Assembly (NCBI GenBank): GCA_050694055.1
Contig: JBOGWX010000053.1
Location: 6,251 to 70,250, forward strand
From: Actinomycetota bacterium
GTDB lineage: Bacteria > Actinomycetota > CADDZG01 > WHSQ01
Length of the DNA: 64,000 nt
Direction: 5' to 3'
Part shown: positions 47,779-57,030 of the stretch, piece after piece
Layout of the letters: each line of letters starts with the position of its first letter
Numbering within the stretch: the stretch's first letter is position 1
Position numbers and translations under genes: made by a program
The notes under the pieces: model-generated
Told to the model about the DNA's origin: nothing
Seen by the model: the letters and a program-made list of their open reading frames with translations, nothing else
Database searches by the model: none

Positions 47779-50700
47779 GGCTGCGCCTTCATCAGGTTCT
47801 GGATGTATCCATAGCCTGATTTCGGGACGATTACTGTCCGGGCTGCGCCTTGATAGGTCCCGACGAAGATGTTGCTGGCCGCGTCATAATACCCAGTCTT
47901 CCAGACATTCTCGTGGTAGTACCTGAACGGACTTGAGGAACCGAGGACATTCTGAACCTCGTCGAGCCCCACGCCTCGGCTGGTCATACGTCGCAAAGCG
48001 TGCCCGCTGAGTTCGATGCTCTCATCGCCGAATTGCATGATGACGCGGGCTGCTCCGTCACTCCCTACGACAAACCTTCGGCTCCCACTAATCCCCCTTG
48101 TGGCCTTCCCAGCCTTGGCCAGCTTGTCGAGTCCCTTGGTACCAATGATCCCGGGGATGATCCTGCCGATCGCCTCGCCGGGATTGCCTGCCTTCCAGTC
48201 CTCGATGATGGGACCCGAGACGCTGTGCCACAATGACGATCCGAACTCTCCGGAGTTGTTCCACGCATAGGAGCCGAACGCGCCCACGTTCCTTTTGCAG
48301 CCACCGAAGTCCTGCGCGCAGTGCCAGCCGCCGACCACAATGTCCTTGGCTCCGACAATGGTGTCGACGACACCCTCACCGCCGCCCTTTACTACGCCGA
48401 TGACGTCCTTGCCGAACTCCACCGGGTTGTATCCCGAACCGCCGTCCTCCTCCTGGGCTGGAGGTGGCTGAGGAGCGGGGTACTGATATCTCCCGGCGGT
48501 GTTGGCCTCATAGGCCCGGGCGCCGATCGCGGCGCTGCCGATCTGCTCACCCTTTGCCTGGGCCCGAGCGAGTTTTGCGCTGCCGGTCCCATCGGGGATC
48601 GCCGCGTGGCCGTCGGACTCGATGTAGCTCACGGGATTGCCCGCCGCCAGCGCGTAGCGGTTGTTGGTCAGCCGGTCGGTCGAGAGCCCCAGGTTGGCGA
48701 GCGCCCCCAGGTAGAGGTCGGGCTGGATGAAGCTCGCGGTGCCCGAAGAGAAGCGGCGCGCCCCCATGTCGAGGCTCTCGGAGCCCGAGTCGTAGCGCTT
48801 GGCGCTGTAGCGGAAGGGGTTGAAGGGGTCGCTGTCGCTGGTCTCGCCCGAGGCGTCGGTGACCGCGTCGCCCTTGGTGAGCCCGACATCCTCGTCGCCG
48901 TAGGGGCGGTAGCCGTAGGAGGCGCGCACCGTGCCCTCGTCGGATCCCGGCGTGTTCTCCACCAGCACCGAGGTCGAGCCGTGGACGTCGTAGCCGAAGC
49001 TGTAGCTGCGCTCGGTGGCGGCCACGTTGGTCAGCGCCAGGCGAGTCCCGTAGGCGTCGTAGCTGAGCTGTTTGGTGACATCTGGGGCGGAAGTGTAGGC
49101 GGCGGTCTCGCTGGCGACCAGGGGGCTGAGCCCGATGTGGCCGAAGCTCGTGGTCCGGTCCGCGCTCGGGTCCTCGCGGTGGCTCTCGGTCTGGCTCACC
49201 ACCCGGTCGAGCGCGTCGTAGGTGTAGTTGGACTTGTCGCTGATCGCCCCGCCCGAGTAGCTCCGGTAGGCGACCAGGCGCTCGGAGAAGTCGTAGGAGT
49301 AGTCGGCCAGCAGGTTGGCGCTGGCGCTCGACCCTGAGGGCGAGCAGTCGGCCGCCGAGCCCGAGCTGGTGGTGACGCAGTCGAGGTTGCCGAGCACGTC
49401 GTAGTGGTAGCGGCTGGTTGATCCGGCCTCGGTCACCTCGGTGAGCTGGGCGCCGTCATAAGACGAGGTCTTGGTCTTGTCGAGGCTCCCGCCCGTGAGC
49501 CCGCTGGCCCCGGTGTAGCTCTTCTCGGTGGTGAGGTTGCCGGCGGCGACGATCCCGGGCGTGACCCTGGCCGCCTCGTCGAAGCTGTAGTCGATGCGGG
49601 TGTCGTGTCCGTCGAAGTAGCCGCTCGTGCGGTCGCGCCCGTCGTAGGCGTAGCGGGCGGTGCACGGTCGAGGCGCCCCTCCCCCAGGCTCGCACTCGGT
49701 CGGCTGCGCGCTCGGGCCCTCGAGCCCGAAGTCGTCGGCGACCCGGTGGCCGTTTAAGTAGTCGCCGCCGGGGTCCTCGTAGAACAGCTCGTGCGACTCG
49801 ACGATGGCGCCGGCGGAGTTTCTGATCTCGAGCGTGTCGAGCTTGGTGTTGGCGAAGTAGTCCCACTCGGTTACTTGCTGGGGCGAGGTCGACCACCCGC
49901 AGCCCGGGGCCGAGCCTGTGCCCCGGTAGAGCTTGCGGGAGTCCTCGAGCCCGGTCGGCTTGAAGGCGTTCACGACCCTGAGGTCGTCGTCGCAGGCAGA
50001 TGCCTTGTTCCCCTCGATTACCTGTGTGGAAAGCCAGTCGGCGGCGTCGTAAGTGAAGCTGTTGGATCGCCCGCCGGAGCCCGTGGTCGAGTCCGCGTCG
50101 TCGACGCGCGAGGAGAGGTTGGAGTTGGCGTCGTAGGCGTAGAGCGTGTGCCGCTGCGTCCCTCCGGTCTTGGCGTGCGACGCGAGCTCGATGCGATCGA
50201 GGCTGTCGTAGGTGGCGCTCAGCTCGATCGGCTTCTCACCGGGCGACTCCACCCCCGAGGCGTCGACGGCGCTGGTGAGGTTGTTGTGGGCGTCGTAGTC
50301 GTAGCTCACCCGCTGACCGTCGCGGTCGGTGCGAAGCCGCAGCTGCCCGTCGGCGAAGTAGGACCAGAACATGGCAGAGGACTGGTCGAACTCGCCGGGA
50401 GCCTTCTGAACCAGTCGCTCCGCCTGCCACCCCTCGGCGCGGTAGTCGAACACGGTCTTGGGGTTGGCGGGGTCCTTGGTCGAGTAGATCCAGCCGCTGT
50501 CGTAGTAGGCGGAGGTCGTGCCCGCGGCCGACTTGGATGCCGCATGCGTTCCCCCCGGCTCGAACTGAGCGGGGTCCGACACCGTCACCGGCAGCGAGGT
50601 CCAGGTGAGGTTGCCGTTGGCATCGTATTGGTGGTGGACGTAGGCGGCCTCGGTGCCGGGACCGGTCGGGAGCGCGGTTCTGGTGAGACGGTTGAGCCCG

Positions 50701-53615
50701 TCGTAGCTGTAGGACTCGACGTAGTCGCCGTAGCTCGGACGCAGCTCCGCGCCGGGCAGATCCGAAGTGCCGGCCGCGTCCCAGGCGCGCGGCGAGATCG
50801 ACTTGATGAGGTTGCCGGCCCCGTCGTACTCCTGCGCGGTGGTGACGAAGCGCCCCCCGAACTCAAACGGCGTGCGTTGCTTGACCATGAGGTCGCGCTC
50901 ATCATGGTAATGCTCGGTCGTGACCGTGGTGGCGCTCCCGTCGGGCTTGCGGTCGGGTGTGGTGATCGTGGAGACGTTGTCGTTGGCGTCGTACGCGTAG
51001 GTCGTGGTGTTGCCGTTGGGGTCGGTGACCGACTCGAGCTTGTGGTCGGACAAGTAGGTGTAGCTGGTGGCGAAGTCGTTGCTCGCCTCACAGGGGCCGC
51101 CCGCCCCCTTGGGCGGGATCGTGGCGACGAGGTCGCCCGTCAGCGCCTCGAAGCAGTAGCCGGTCGTAAGCGCGCCGCGGCTGTTGCCGGCCGCGTCGAC
51201 GTCGGGACGGGACTCGGATTTGACGCGATCGAGCGCGTCGTACCCATAAGTGGTGGTGAAGTGCGCCGGGGTCGCGCCCGTGAGGTTGCCTTTGGGTGCG
51301 GTCGTGGTGGCCAGCCGTCCGAGGTCGTCGTAGGTCGCGGTGGTGGCGTGGCCCTGGGGATCGGTCGCGGTGACCATCCGGTCCATGGCGTCGTAGGCCA
51401 TCGTCGTGCTGGGACCGTCGGGCACGAAGCCGCGCCCGTAGCGCGATCGGAGCTCGGCAGTAACGTTGTCGTTGGGATCGTGGCGCGCCCCCGACCATAT
51501 GAGCCGCCCGCGCTCGAGCTCGGTCGACTTCGGCGCGCTGACGAGGCCGAGGCGCTGGAACGCGTCGTAGAAGAAGTAGGTGCGATAGTTCTCCGGCTCG
51601 AGCACCGGCTCCCACTCCAGTGGATTGGCAAAGCGGTGGTGGTTGGGATCCTGGGAGAAGACCATGAGCCCGTCCGCGTCGTAGCCGAACTCGCTGATGC
51701 CGCCCTCGGCGTCGGTCACCTTGGTCGGCAGCCCGCTGGCGTCGTAGTCGTTGAAGGTGGTGGTGTGGTCGTTGGCGTCGGTCATGGTCTTGAGCGTCCC
51801 CGGATCCGCCGAGCCGGCCAGGTTCCAGGTGTATTCGCTCGTGTGCCTGACGCCGCGGTGATCCGCCGGCGAGGTCACCGAGACGAGGTTGCCGGCGGGG
51901 TCGTTTGAGAAGTCCCAGCGGAAGCTCCCCGCCGGCGCGCCAGAGAGGTTGCCCTTGGGGGCGGTCTTGGAGATAATGAAGCTGAGATGGGTGCCCGGGT
52001 CGGTGGCGTCGCCCGCTCGGTCGTCGTAGGTCAGGGTCGTGGCGTGACCCTGCTGATCGGTGACCTCGGTGAGATATCCGTTGGGGTTGTGGTCGTATGA
52101 CGTCGTCACGCCATGGGGCTCGGTGATCGAGTCGAGATGGTTGTCGTCGCCCCACGCCAGCGTGGTCACCTCGGCGGCGGGGTTTTGGAGCTCGCCGACG
52201 CGCCCGGAGCAGTCGTACGCGAAGCGACTGGGGCGACCGGCGTCGTCGAGCACGGTGGTGATGCGCTGGTCGATGTCGTACTGATAGGTCGTGGTCGTGC
52301 CCGCCCGGTCGCTGAGCGAGGCGAGCTTCCACTTGTTCTCGCCCGAGGTGACGTAGCTAAAGGTGGTCTCCGCGCCGCGCGGGTCGATGACGCCGAAGAG
52401 CTGATCGGATTGATTGCTGGTGTTTGCCGGCGGGTCCCGGCGCGTGTTGGCGTCGGGGATGGCGGGCCCGGAGCTGTCCGAGGTGGTGTAGGTGAAGGTG
52501 AAGCTGCGGTCGGGTAGCGCTCTGAGGTCGGCGGTGAGCCCACCCTCCTGGGTGAGGCGCAGCAGGTTGCCGTCGTCGTAGTAGTCGAAGGTCAGCTTCG
52601 ATCCGTCGTGGTCGCTGATCGCCTTGACGTTGCCTCGGACCTTGGGGTTGTTGGTCTCCTCCTTGGAGTAGTAGTCCAGCGTGAAGCTGCGCCCCGGAGC
52701 GGGAGTCGAGTCGTTTCCGGCCGCATCGGTAAACGCGGCCACGCGTTTGCCGGGCTGCCCCGGGTCCTCGGCCGGGGCGACGGCCTCGAGCTCGTAGGTG
52801 AGCGTGTTGCCGTTGCGATCGGTGACCGCGGTGGGGAAGCCGTCGGCGTCGTAATAGAAGGTGACGTCGTCGGGCCGGGTAAAGGCCCACTTGCCGAGCG
52901 GGTCGCCGGTCAGCGCCCGCAGATAGAGGTGCACCCCCGGCGGCGGGTGCCACACGATCGAGCCGCCCACCTTCTCGCCGTCGAACTGGTGGGGGGTGCC
53001 GTCGGCGTCGACGAAGCGGACCCAGCGAGGGGCGTTTCCCTGAGGGTCGTCGGCGTTCTTGGGATGGATGTCGATGGGCTGCCCCAGCTGGGTGAGGCTC
53101 GAGATCGACAGCCCGAAGTTGTCGCCCAGCGGCGGTCCGGTGCGCTTGACGATGCTGTTGTAAGTGATGTCCACGATGGTCGACAGTCCCCGGCCGGGGG
53201 AGGCAAACGGGGTCCAGCGCAAAACCGAGTTGCCGTTGTTGACGTTGGTGAGCTGCGACATCCCCGCGCCCAGCGCGGTCGGCCGGTAGTGGTAGTAGTG
53301 CTCGAGACCGAGCGCCTCGGTCATGAGCGCGAGGTTGACCGTCGAGGCCGAACCCTGCTCGCAGGGCTGCATGCGGGCGCGCCCCACGACCGCCGGCGCG
53401 ACCTTGGGGGCATTGCCCTCACTGGAGAAGGCGACCTCGCCCCCTCCGCTGAGGTCGACCAGATCGAAGCGCAGCTGGTAGGGCTCCGACGCCACTCCGG
53501 GAGGAAGCGGGGGCGGCTCGAGCTGGAGACCGCTGAGAGCTTGCGAGGCCCCGGCGTCGAGCGAAGCGAGCGTGGCGATCGAGTCTTGCTGCGCCACGGT
53601 GCCGGCGGGAGTCAC
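47775..53615 (-). CDS. RHS-repeat polymorphic toxin, C-terminal fragment (3 of 3): RHS/YD shell, PT-TG-like linker, DUF4258-like toxin tip
   Basis: 1946 aa. Dozens of YD repeats (YAYDANDN, YSYDGLNR, HQYDANGN, YDYDAHNN, TYDALDR). The core ends ...NNRYALAAGNPVSYIESDGH. The tip carries PGIIGTKGLDKLAK and SGHALRRMTSRGVGLDEV. The reading frame stays open upstream of the GTG. Confidence 0.9.
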   Translation of the reverse strand: MTPAGTVAQQDSIATLASLDAGASQALSGLQLEPPPLPPGVASEPYQLRFDLVDLSGGGEVAFSSEGNAPKVAPAVVGRARMQPCEQGSASTVNLALMTEALGLEHYYHYRPTALGAGMSQLTNVNNGNSVLRWTPFASPGRGLSTIVDITYNSIVKRTGPPLGDNFGLSISSLTQLGQPIDIHPKNADDPQGNAPRWVRFVDADGTPHQFDGEKVGGSIVWHPPPGVHLYLRALTGDPLGKWAFTRPDDVTFYYDADGFPTAVTDRNGNTLTYELEAVAPAEDPGQPGKRVAAFTDAAGNDSTPAPGRSFTLDYYSKEETNNPKVRGNVKAISDHDGSKLTFDYYDDGNLLRLTQEGGLTADLRALPDRSFTFTYTTSDSSGPAIPDANTRRDPPANTSNQSDQLFGVIDPRGAETTFSYVTSGENKWKLASLSDRAGTTTTYQYDIDQRITTVLDDAGRPSRFAYDCSGRVGELQNPAAEVTTLAWGDDNHLDSITEPHGVTTSYDHNPNGYLTEVTDQQGHATTLTYDDRAGDATDPGTHLSFIISKTAPKGNLSGAPAGSFRWDFSNDPAGNLVSVTSPADHRGVRHTSEYTWNLAGSADPGTLKTMTDANDHTTTFNDYDASGLPTKVTDAEGGISEFGYDADGLMVFSQDPNHHRFANPLEWEPVLEPENYRTYFFYDAFQRLGLVSAPKSTELERGRLIWSGARHDPNDNVTAELRSRYGRGFVPDGPSTTMAYDAMDRMVTATDPQGHATTATYDDLGRLATTTAPKGNLTGATPAHFTTTYGYDALDRVKSESRPDVDAAGNSRGALTTGYCFEALTGDLVATIPPKGAGGPCEASNDFATSYTYLSDHKLESVTDPNGNTTTYAYDANDNVSTITTPDRKPDGSATTVTTEHYHDERDLMVKQRTPFEFGGRFVTTAQEYDGAGNLIKSISPRAWDAAGTSDLPGAELRPSYGDYVESYSYDGLNRLTRTALPTGPGTEAAYVHHQYDANGNLTWTSLPVTVSDPAQFEPGGTHAASKSAAGTTSAYYDSGWIYSTKDPANPKTVFDYRAEGWQAERLVQKAPGEFDQSSAMFWSYFADGQLRLRTDRDGQRVSYDYDAHNNLTSAVDASGVESPGEKPIELSATYDSLDRIELASHAKTGGTQRHTLYAYDANSNLSSRVDDADSTTGSGGRSNSFTYDAADWLSTQVIEGNKASACDDDLRVVNAFKPTGLEDSRKLYRGTGSAPGCGWSTSPQQVTEWDYFANTKLDTLEIRNSAGAIVESHELFYEDPGGDYLNGHRVADDFGLEGPSAQPTECEPGGGAPRPCTARYAYDGRDRTSGYFDGHDTRIDYSFDEAARVTPGIVAAGNLTTEKSYTGASGLTGGSLDKTKTSSYDGAQLTEVTEAGSTSRYHYDVLGNLDCVTTSSGSAADCSPSGSSASANLLADYSYDFSERLVAYRSYSGGAISDKSNYTYDALDRVVSQTESHREDPSADRTTSFGHIGLSPLVASETAAYTSAPDVTKQLSYDAYGTRLALTNVAATERSYSFGYDVHGSTSVLVENTPGSDEGTVRASYGYRPYGDEDVGLTKGDAVTDASGETSDSDPFNPFRYSAKRYDSGSESLDMGARRFSSGTASFIQPDLYLGALANLGLSTDRLTNNRYALAAGNPVSYIESDGHAAIPDGTGSAKLARAQAKGEQIGSAAIGARAYEANTAGRYQYPAPQPPPAQEEDGGSGYNPVEFGKDVIGVVKGGGEGVVDTIVGAKDIVVGGWHCAQDFGGCKRNVGAFGSYAWNNSGEFGSSLWHSVSGPIIEDWKAGNPGEAIGRIIPGIIGTKGLDKLAKAGKATRGISGSRRFVVGSDGAARVIMQFGDESIELSGHALRRMTSRGVGLDEVQNVLGSSSPFRYYHENVWKTGYYDAASNIFVGTYQGAARTVIVPKSGYGYIQNLMKAQP

Positions 53616-54730
53616 CCATTGGGCGATGAGCTCCGTGGTCGACGCGGCCAGGCGACGGTGCTGTCGTTGGTGACTGTGACGTCGATCAGCTCCTGAGCGG
53701 CGTGACGAAAGACGCTCGGGGGGCTGACCGCGATGGCGGCCTGATATTTGGTGCCCGAGGTGTTGTCGACCTCCATGGCCGCCGGGGTCGAGGTGCGGGT
53801 GAGCCCGTTGACCCCGATCGCCCTGGCGGTAATCGCGTGGGCGCTGATGCCGTGCTCGGGACGCGCGTCGTAGCCGGGCACGGCGGGATCGAGGGTGTCC
53901 CAGGTGGCTTGATAGGGCGCGGTGGTGTCGGTTGCGAACAGCGTCCCGTCGACCAGGAACTCGACCCGCGCCACTCCCGAGTCGCTCGCGGCGCTGGCGC
54001 TGACGGTGACGGTTTGTGTGGTGATCGGGCTGGTGGCGGGGTCGAGAGCGGAGATCGACACCGTCGGCCGATGCCCGATCCCGGGTGTCACCGGGGTGCT
54101 CGAGGTCGCGTTCCCCGCGTCGTCGGTGGCGACCGCCCAGAGGCTGATGTCCGGCTCGAGTCCCTGGTTGAGCACCAGGGTCATGTCGTTGATGTCGAAG
54201 GGGACCTCATAGGGGGCCTCGGTGGCGGTGCCCACCAGCTGATCGGGGTGGCCGTCCTCTTGGAAGTAGAACTCGACTGATTCGACCCGGCCGTCGTCGA
54301 AAGCCTCGGCCCGCAGCGTCACGGGCTCGTCCCACACCAGGGTCTCCCGATCGCTGGGGAACTCGAGCGCGACGGTGGGCCCGCTCGAGGCCGCCGAGCC
54401 CGAGTAGGTGACCTCGAGCTTGGGCCGGAGGTTGGGCGCTACGGCGTAGTCATCGGAGAAGTATCTGAAGTTCTGGCCGGTGCGGTTGGTGGACTCTTGC
54501 GGGCGCTTGAGCAGCAGGCCGAAGTTGGGGTGCTGGCCGGTGACCCAGCCCGTCACCAGCGGCTCGACGTCGTAGCTGTCCCACCCCACGGCCTCGCGGT
54601 CGACCGCAGAGGTGGCCACGATGGCGCCGGAGCGGTCTGCTCCCGGCGTACTCCATTCCGCCCCCGCTGGGTCTCCTGCCAGGTCGCGCCCCGGCCGCTG
54701 CAGGCGCCGTTGGCGCCGCCCTCCCGCCAC
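53612..54730 (-). CDS. Middle fragment (2 of 3) of the same toxin: end of a DNRLRE-type domain plus two Ig-like domains
   Basis: Meaningful sequence begins at ...AEWSTPGADRSGAIVATSAVDREAVGWDSYDVEPLVTGWVTGQHPNFGLLLKR (about 54662 downward). Ig-like repeats (VESVEFYFQEDG..., VARVEFLVDGTLFATD...). The first about 23 codons are out-of-frame junk. Confidence 0.7.
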   Translation of the reverse strand: MAGGRRQRRLQRPGRDLAGDPAGAEWSTPGADRSGAIVATSAVDREAVGWDSYDVEPLVTGWVTGQHPNFGLLLKRPQESTNRTGQNFRYFSDDYAVAPNLRPKLEVTYSGSAASSGPTVALEFPSDRETLVWDEPVTLRAEAFDDGRVESVEFYFQEDGHPDQLVGTATEAPYEVPFDINDMTLVLNQGLEPDISLWAVATDDAGNATSSTPVTPGIGHRPTVSISALDPATSPITTQTVTVSASAASDSGVARVEFLVDGTLFATDTTAPYQATWDTLDPAVPGYDARPEHGISAHAITARAIGVNGLTRTSTPAAMEVDNTSGTKYQAAIAVSPPSVFRHAAQELIDVTVTNDSTVAWPRRPRSSSPNG

Positions 54731-56706
54731 GCCCTCGTGACCCGGTGGATGTCGACCCCGATGTTGGCCGAGGTCGCCTCGTGGTAGAGCGACAACTGAG
54801 CCGACGAGACGTTTGCATCCGGAGGAATCTTGCGTAAATCGAAGCGGATCAGCGGCCGGTAGACGTAGTTGTCGGTCGTGCCCACTCGCAAGGAGGTGGA
54901 AGCCCCGTAGTTCTTGCAGCTCGAGTCGCCGTCGACCATGAAGGTCGACGATCCCGCGTTGGGCTCTGGCTGCAAGCTCGCCGTGGTCAGCCCCGCCGCC
55001 GGCAGGGTCACGGTCCGGCGGTCGGAGGAGTTGCCCCAGGTCACGATTCGGTAGGTGAAGCTTTGGTCCGGAGCCGCGGTGGTGTCCCGGTAGGTGGTGC
55101 GGTCGACGTCGCCGATGTGAGCGATGAAGGTGGCTGCTCCGGGCGTGAAGCTCGCATCCCGGGAACGGTGGATCTCATATCCGGCAAAGCCGAACACGCC
55201 GTCGAAGGGGTAGCGGCTCCAACGCAGCTCGGCCCCGTTGGAGTGCAGCACCTCGGGCGCGTGCAGGGTGGAAGCGGTGTTGATCCAGGTGACCTCGAGC
55301 TTGGGCCGCATGGTGGGGTCGCCCGTGAAGCGCTTGCCCGGGACCCGGGGACCGCTGGCGCCGCTGGGCTCGGTGCTGCGCTTGACCAGCACCCCGTTGT
55401 TGGGCACGTCATAGAGCAGCCAGTCGTTGACCAGCTCTTCGACGTCCCACGAGATCCACTGCGGCGGCTCGGCGCCGCTGGCCAGCGTCGTCGACGCCAC
55501 CGTCGGCCCCACGGTCATGTTGTTGGGCTTGGTCGAGGTCACCCATGCCGAGTTCATCTGTTTCACCGCGAGGCCGTGGGACTTTCCTCCGCAGTTCGAC
55601 GAGCCTCCGACGCAGGTCCCGTCGTAGAAGAGCTTGAGCTGCGCAGCGCTGGCCATGGGGCCCTCGGGGATCGCGCTGAGGTCGAAGCGCAGGCCGGCAC
55701 GCCAGACGTTGCTCGAGTTGGTGCCGATGGGAAGGCGCGTGCCGGTGGTGCCGGCGCACGACATACAGGCCCAGTCGAAGCTTGCGTCCTCGGTCGACTC
55801 GATGCCCTCCTGGATCGTGACCGTTGGATCTAACAGGACGGGGAAGACCCGCTCCGGAGCGCTCAGCCACTCGGGGTCGACCGAGAGGGCCACCTCGAAT
55901 CCCCCGTCATGCGGCGTGACCTCCATCGAGGCTTCGCCGGTGGCGTAGGCCTCGACCTCGCCGGTGACCGAGGAGTCGCGTACCGTGGGCGCGTCTAGCA
56001 CGAACAGCGGGTTGGCGTCGTCCCCCCCGATGAAGTCATAGGAGCCGTCCGGGTTGGGCTGGGCTTCCATGGTGGGGTCCGAGGTCGTGAGGTTGAAGGT
56101 GTAGGAGCTCTGTGCCTCTGGGTCGTTGAGAACGAGGGTCTCCTTGACCCCCAGGGTCGTCACCTCGTAGCGCAGATCGGTGTCCGCCACGGCGTCCGGG
56201 TAGACCAGGCGCGCGCCGTCGGCCTGTGCCTCGGTAGGCTGCGCACCCTCGAGTTCCATGCGGACGCTTTCTTCGTGGATTCGCAGCTCCATGAAGTCCC
56301 CGACGGGCTGGTCTGAGAAGAAGACGTCGAAGAGGTTGGGCCCCGTGGCGAGATCGAAGCCCGGCTCGGTCGTGGGGCCGAGCGTTGGATCGATGGTCCG
56401 CCACTGCCCCCGGCTCACTTCGAATTGCACCGGGGCGGTGTGAAAGGTGGTGGTGTAGCTGCCGTCAGCGTTCTGCTTGGTGCGCGCGGTGGACGACTGC
56501 AGGTCTGACAAGTCGAGTGCAGCAGGTTGCTTGGTGGTCTGGGCTTCGGCCTCTGAGGCGAACTCGGCTGCCACTAGTGGCAACAGTGAGGCCGTGAGGC
56601 AGATGATCAGCAGCACCGCCGAGCATCTTGGCCTGCGACTTGCCGGTCGCTGCAACCGACGTGCCACGCTCCTGCTGGATTTCTTGCCGGCCGTCCTTGC
56701 GCCCAC
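54553..56706 (-). CDS. N-terminal fragment (1 of 3) of the same toxin: signal peptide plus DNRLRE-type domains
   Basis: Signal peptide CSAVLLIICLTASLLPLVAAEFASEAEA. Repeated DNRLRE-like blocks (RAGLRFDLSAIPEGPMASAAQLKLFY; LIRFDLRKIPPDANVSSAQLSLYHE...IHRVTRAW). The sequence after ...ATWQETQRG (about 54660) is out-of-frame junk. Confidence 0.75.
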   Translation of the reverse strand: MGARTAGKKSSRSVARRLQRPASRRPRCSAVLLIICLTASLLPLVAAEFASEAEAQTTKQPAALDLSDLQSSTARTKQNADGSYTTTFHTAPVQFEVSRGQWRTIDPTLGPTTEPGFDLATGPNLFDVFFSDQPVGDFMELRIHEESVRMELEGAQPTEAQADGARLVYPDAVADTDLRYEVTTLGVKETLVLNDPEAQSSYTFNLTTSDPTMEAQPNPDGSYDFIGGDDANPLFVLDAPTVRDSSVTGEVEAYATGEASMEVTPHDGGFEVALSVDPEWLSAPERVFPVLLDPTVTIQEGIESTEDASFDWACMSCAGTTGTRLPIGTNSSNVWRAGLRFDLSAIPEGPMASAAQLKLFYDGTCVGGSSNCGGKSHGLAVKQMNSAWVTSTKPNNMTVGPTVASTTLASGAEPPQWISWDVEELVNDWLLYDVPNNGVLVKRSTEPSGASGPRVPGKRFTGDPTMRPKLEVTWINTASTLHAPEVLHSNGAELRWSRYPFDGVFGFAGYEIHRSRDASFTPGAATFIAHIGDVDRTTYRDTTAAPDQSFTYRIVTWGNSSDRRTVTLPAAGLTTASLQPEPNAGSSTFMVDGDSSCKNYGASTSLRVGTTDNYVYRPLIRFDLRKIPPDANVSSAQLSLYHEATSANIGVDIHRVTRAWREGGANGACSGRGATWQETQRGRNGVRREQTAPAPSWPPLRSTARPWGGTATTSSRW

Positions 56707-57030
56707 CCGAGGCTCCCTTCCCCTTCGCCGAATGCCATGTGATTCGGCGATCTCCCTACATGCACGCCCGCTGGCGTTTGGTAGCAGGAGAGTCCAGGTC
56801 CGGTCACCGTCCGCAGCGTTGGTTAGAAAGAACTAGTCCTTACGGGAACCGAGGTCAAGGGCTTTTCTACGGATTGGTTACCACAGTTGCTGTCTGACTC
56901 TCGCTGATGAAAAAGAGCCCAAAACGATATTTATCCGGTTCACCATGTATGAGCTCAATCTTTGGGATCCTTTCTGCCACCGGTAACTCCTTGTCGTGAT
57001 CGCACTTGCGGCAACGACACTTGCAGCGAC

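Larger units (their letters stand above)
45211..57030. mobile_element. 11.8-kb genomic island (polymorphic-toxin island) bounded by the 99-bp direct repeats; no integrase or transposase recognised
   Basis: Flanking direct repeats. Both ends (about 45.2-47.8 kb and 56.7-57.0 kb) are visibly more A/T-rich. All island genes lie on one strand. Removing it restores a convergent alkA-like / cNMP-binding gene pair 9 nt apart. Confidence 0.6.

Noticed and set aside
53612-53615. GTGA stop-start overlap suggesting that the RHS ORF is an independent gene starting at GTG 53615
   Set aside because: The RHS frame is open for at least 35 codons upstream. The upstream text AASTTELIAQW continues the Ig-like domain that the previous ORF abandons at ...NDSTVAW. 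So the GTGA is probably coincidental, though this is not fully excluded.
54655-54668. Programmed -1 ribosomal frameshifting as the explanation for the split RHS gene
   Set aside because: The C5/G5 tract gives no X XXY YYZ slippery heptamer (the P-site CGG cannot re-pair). The second break (53645-53650) has no slippery sequence at all. Indel or sequencing error is more parsimonious, although slippage in the homopolymer at the DNA level remains possible.
45211-57030. Search for an integrase, transposase or relaxase that could explain the direct repeats
   Set aside because: No ORF in the track or in my own reading of both island ends shows tyrosine/serine recombinase or DDE motifs. The left end holds only small toxin/immunity-like ORFs, and the right end (56707-57030) has no ORF longer than a few dozen codons.
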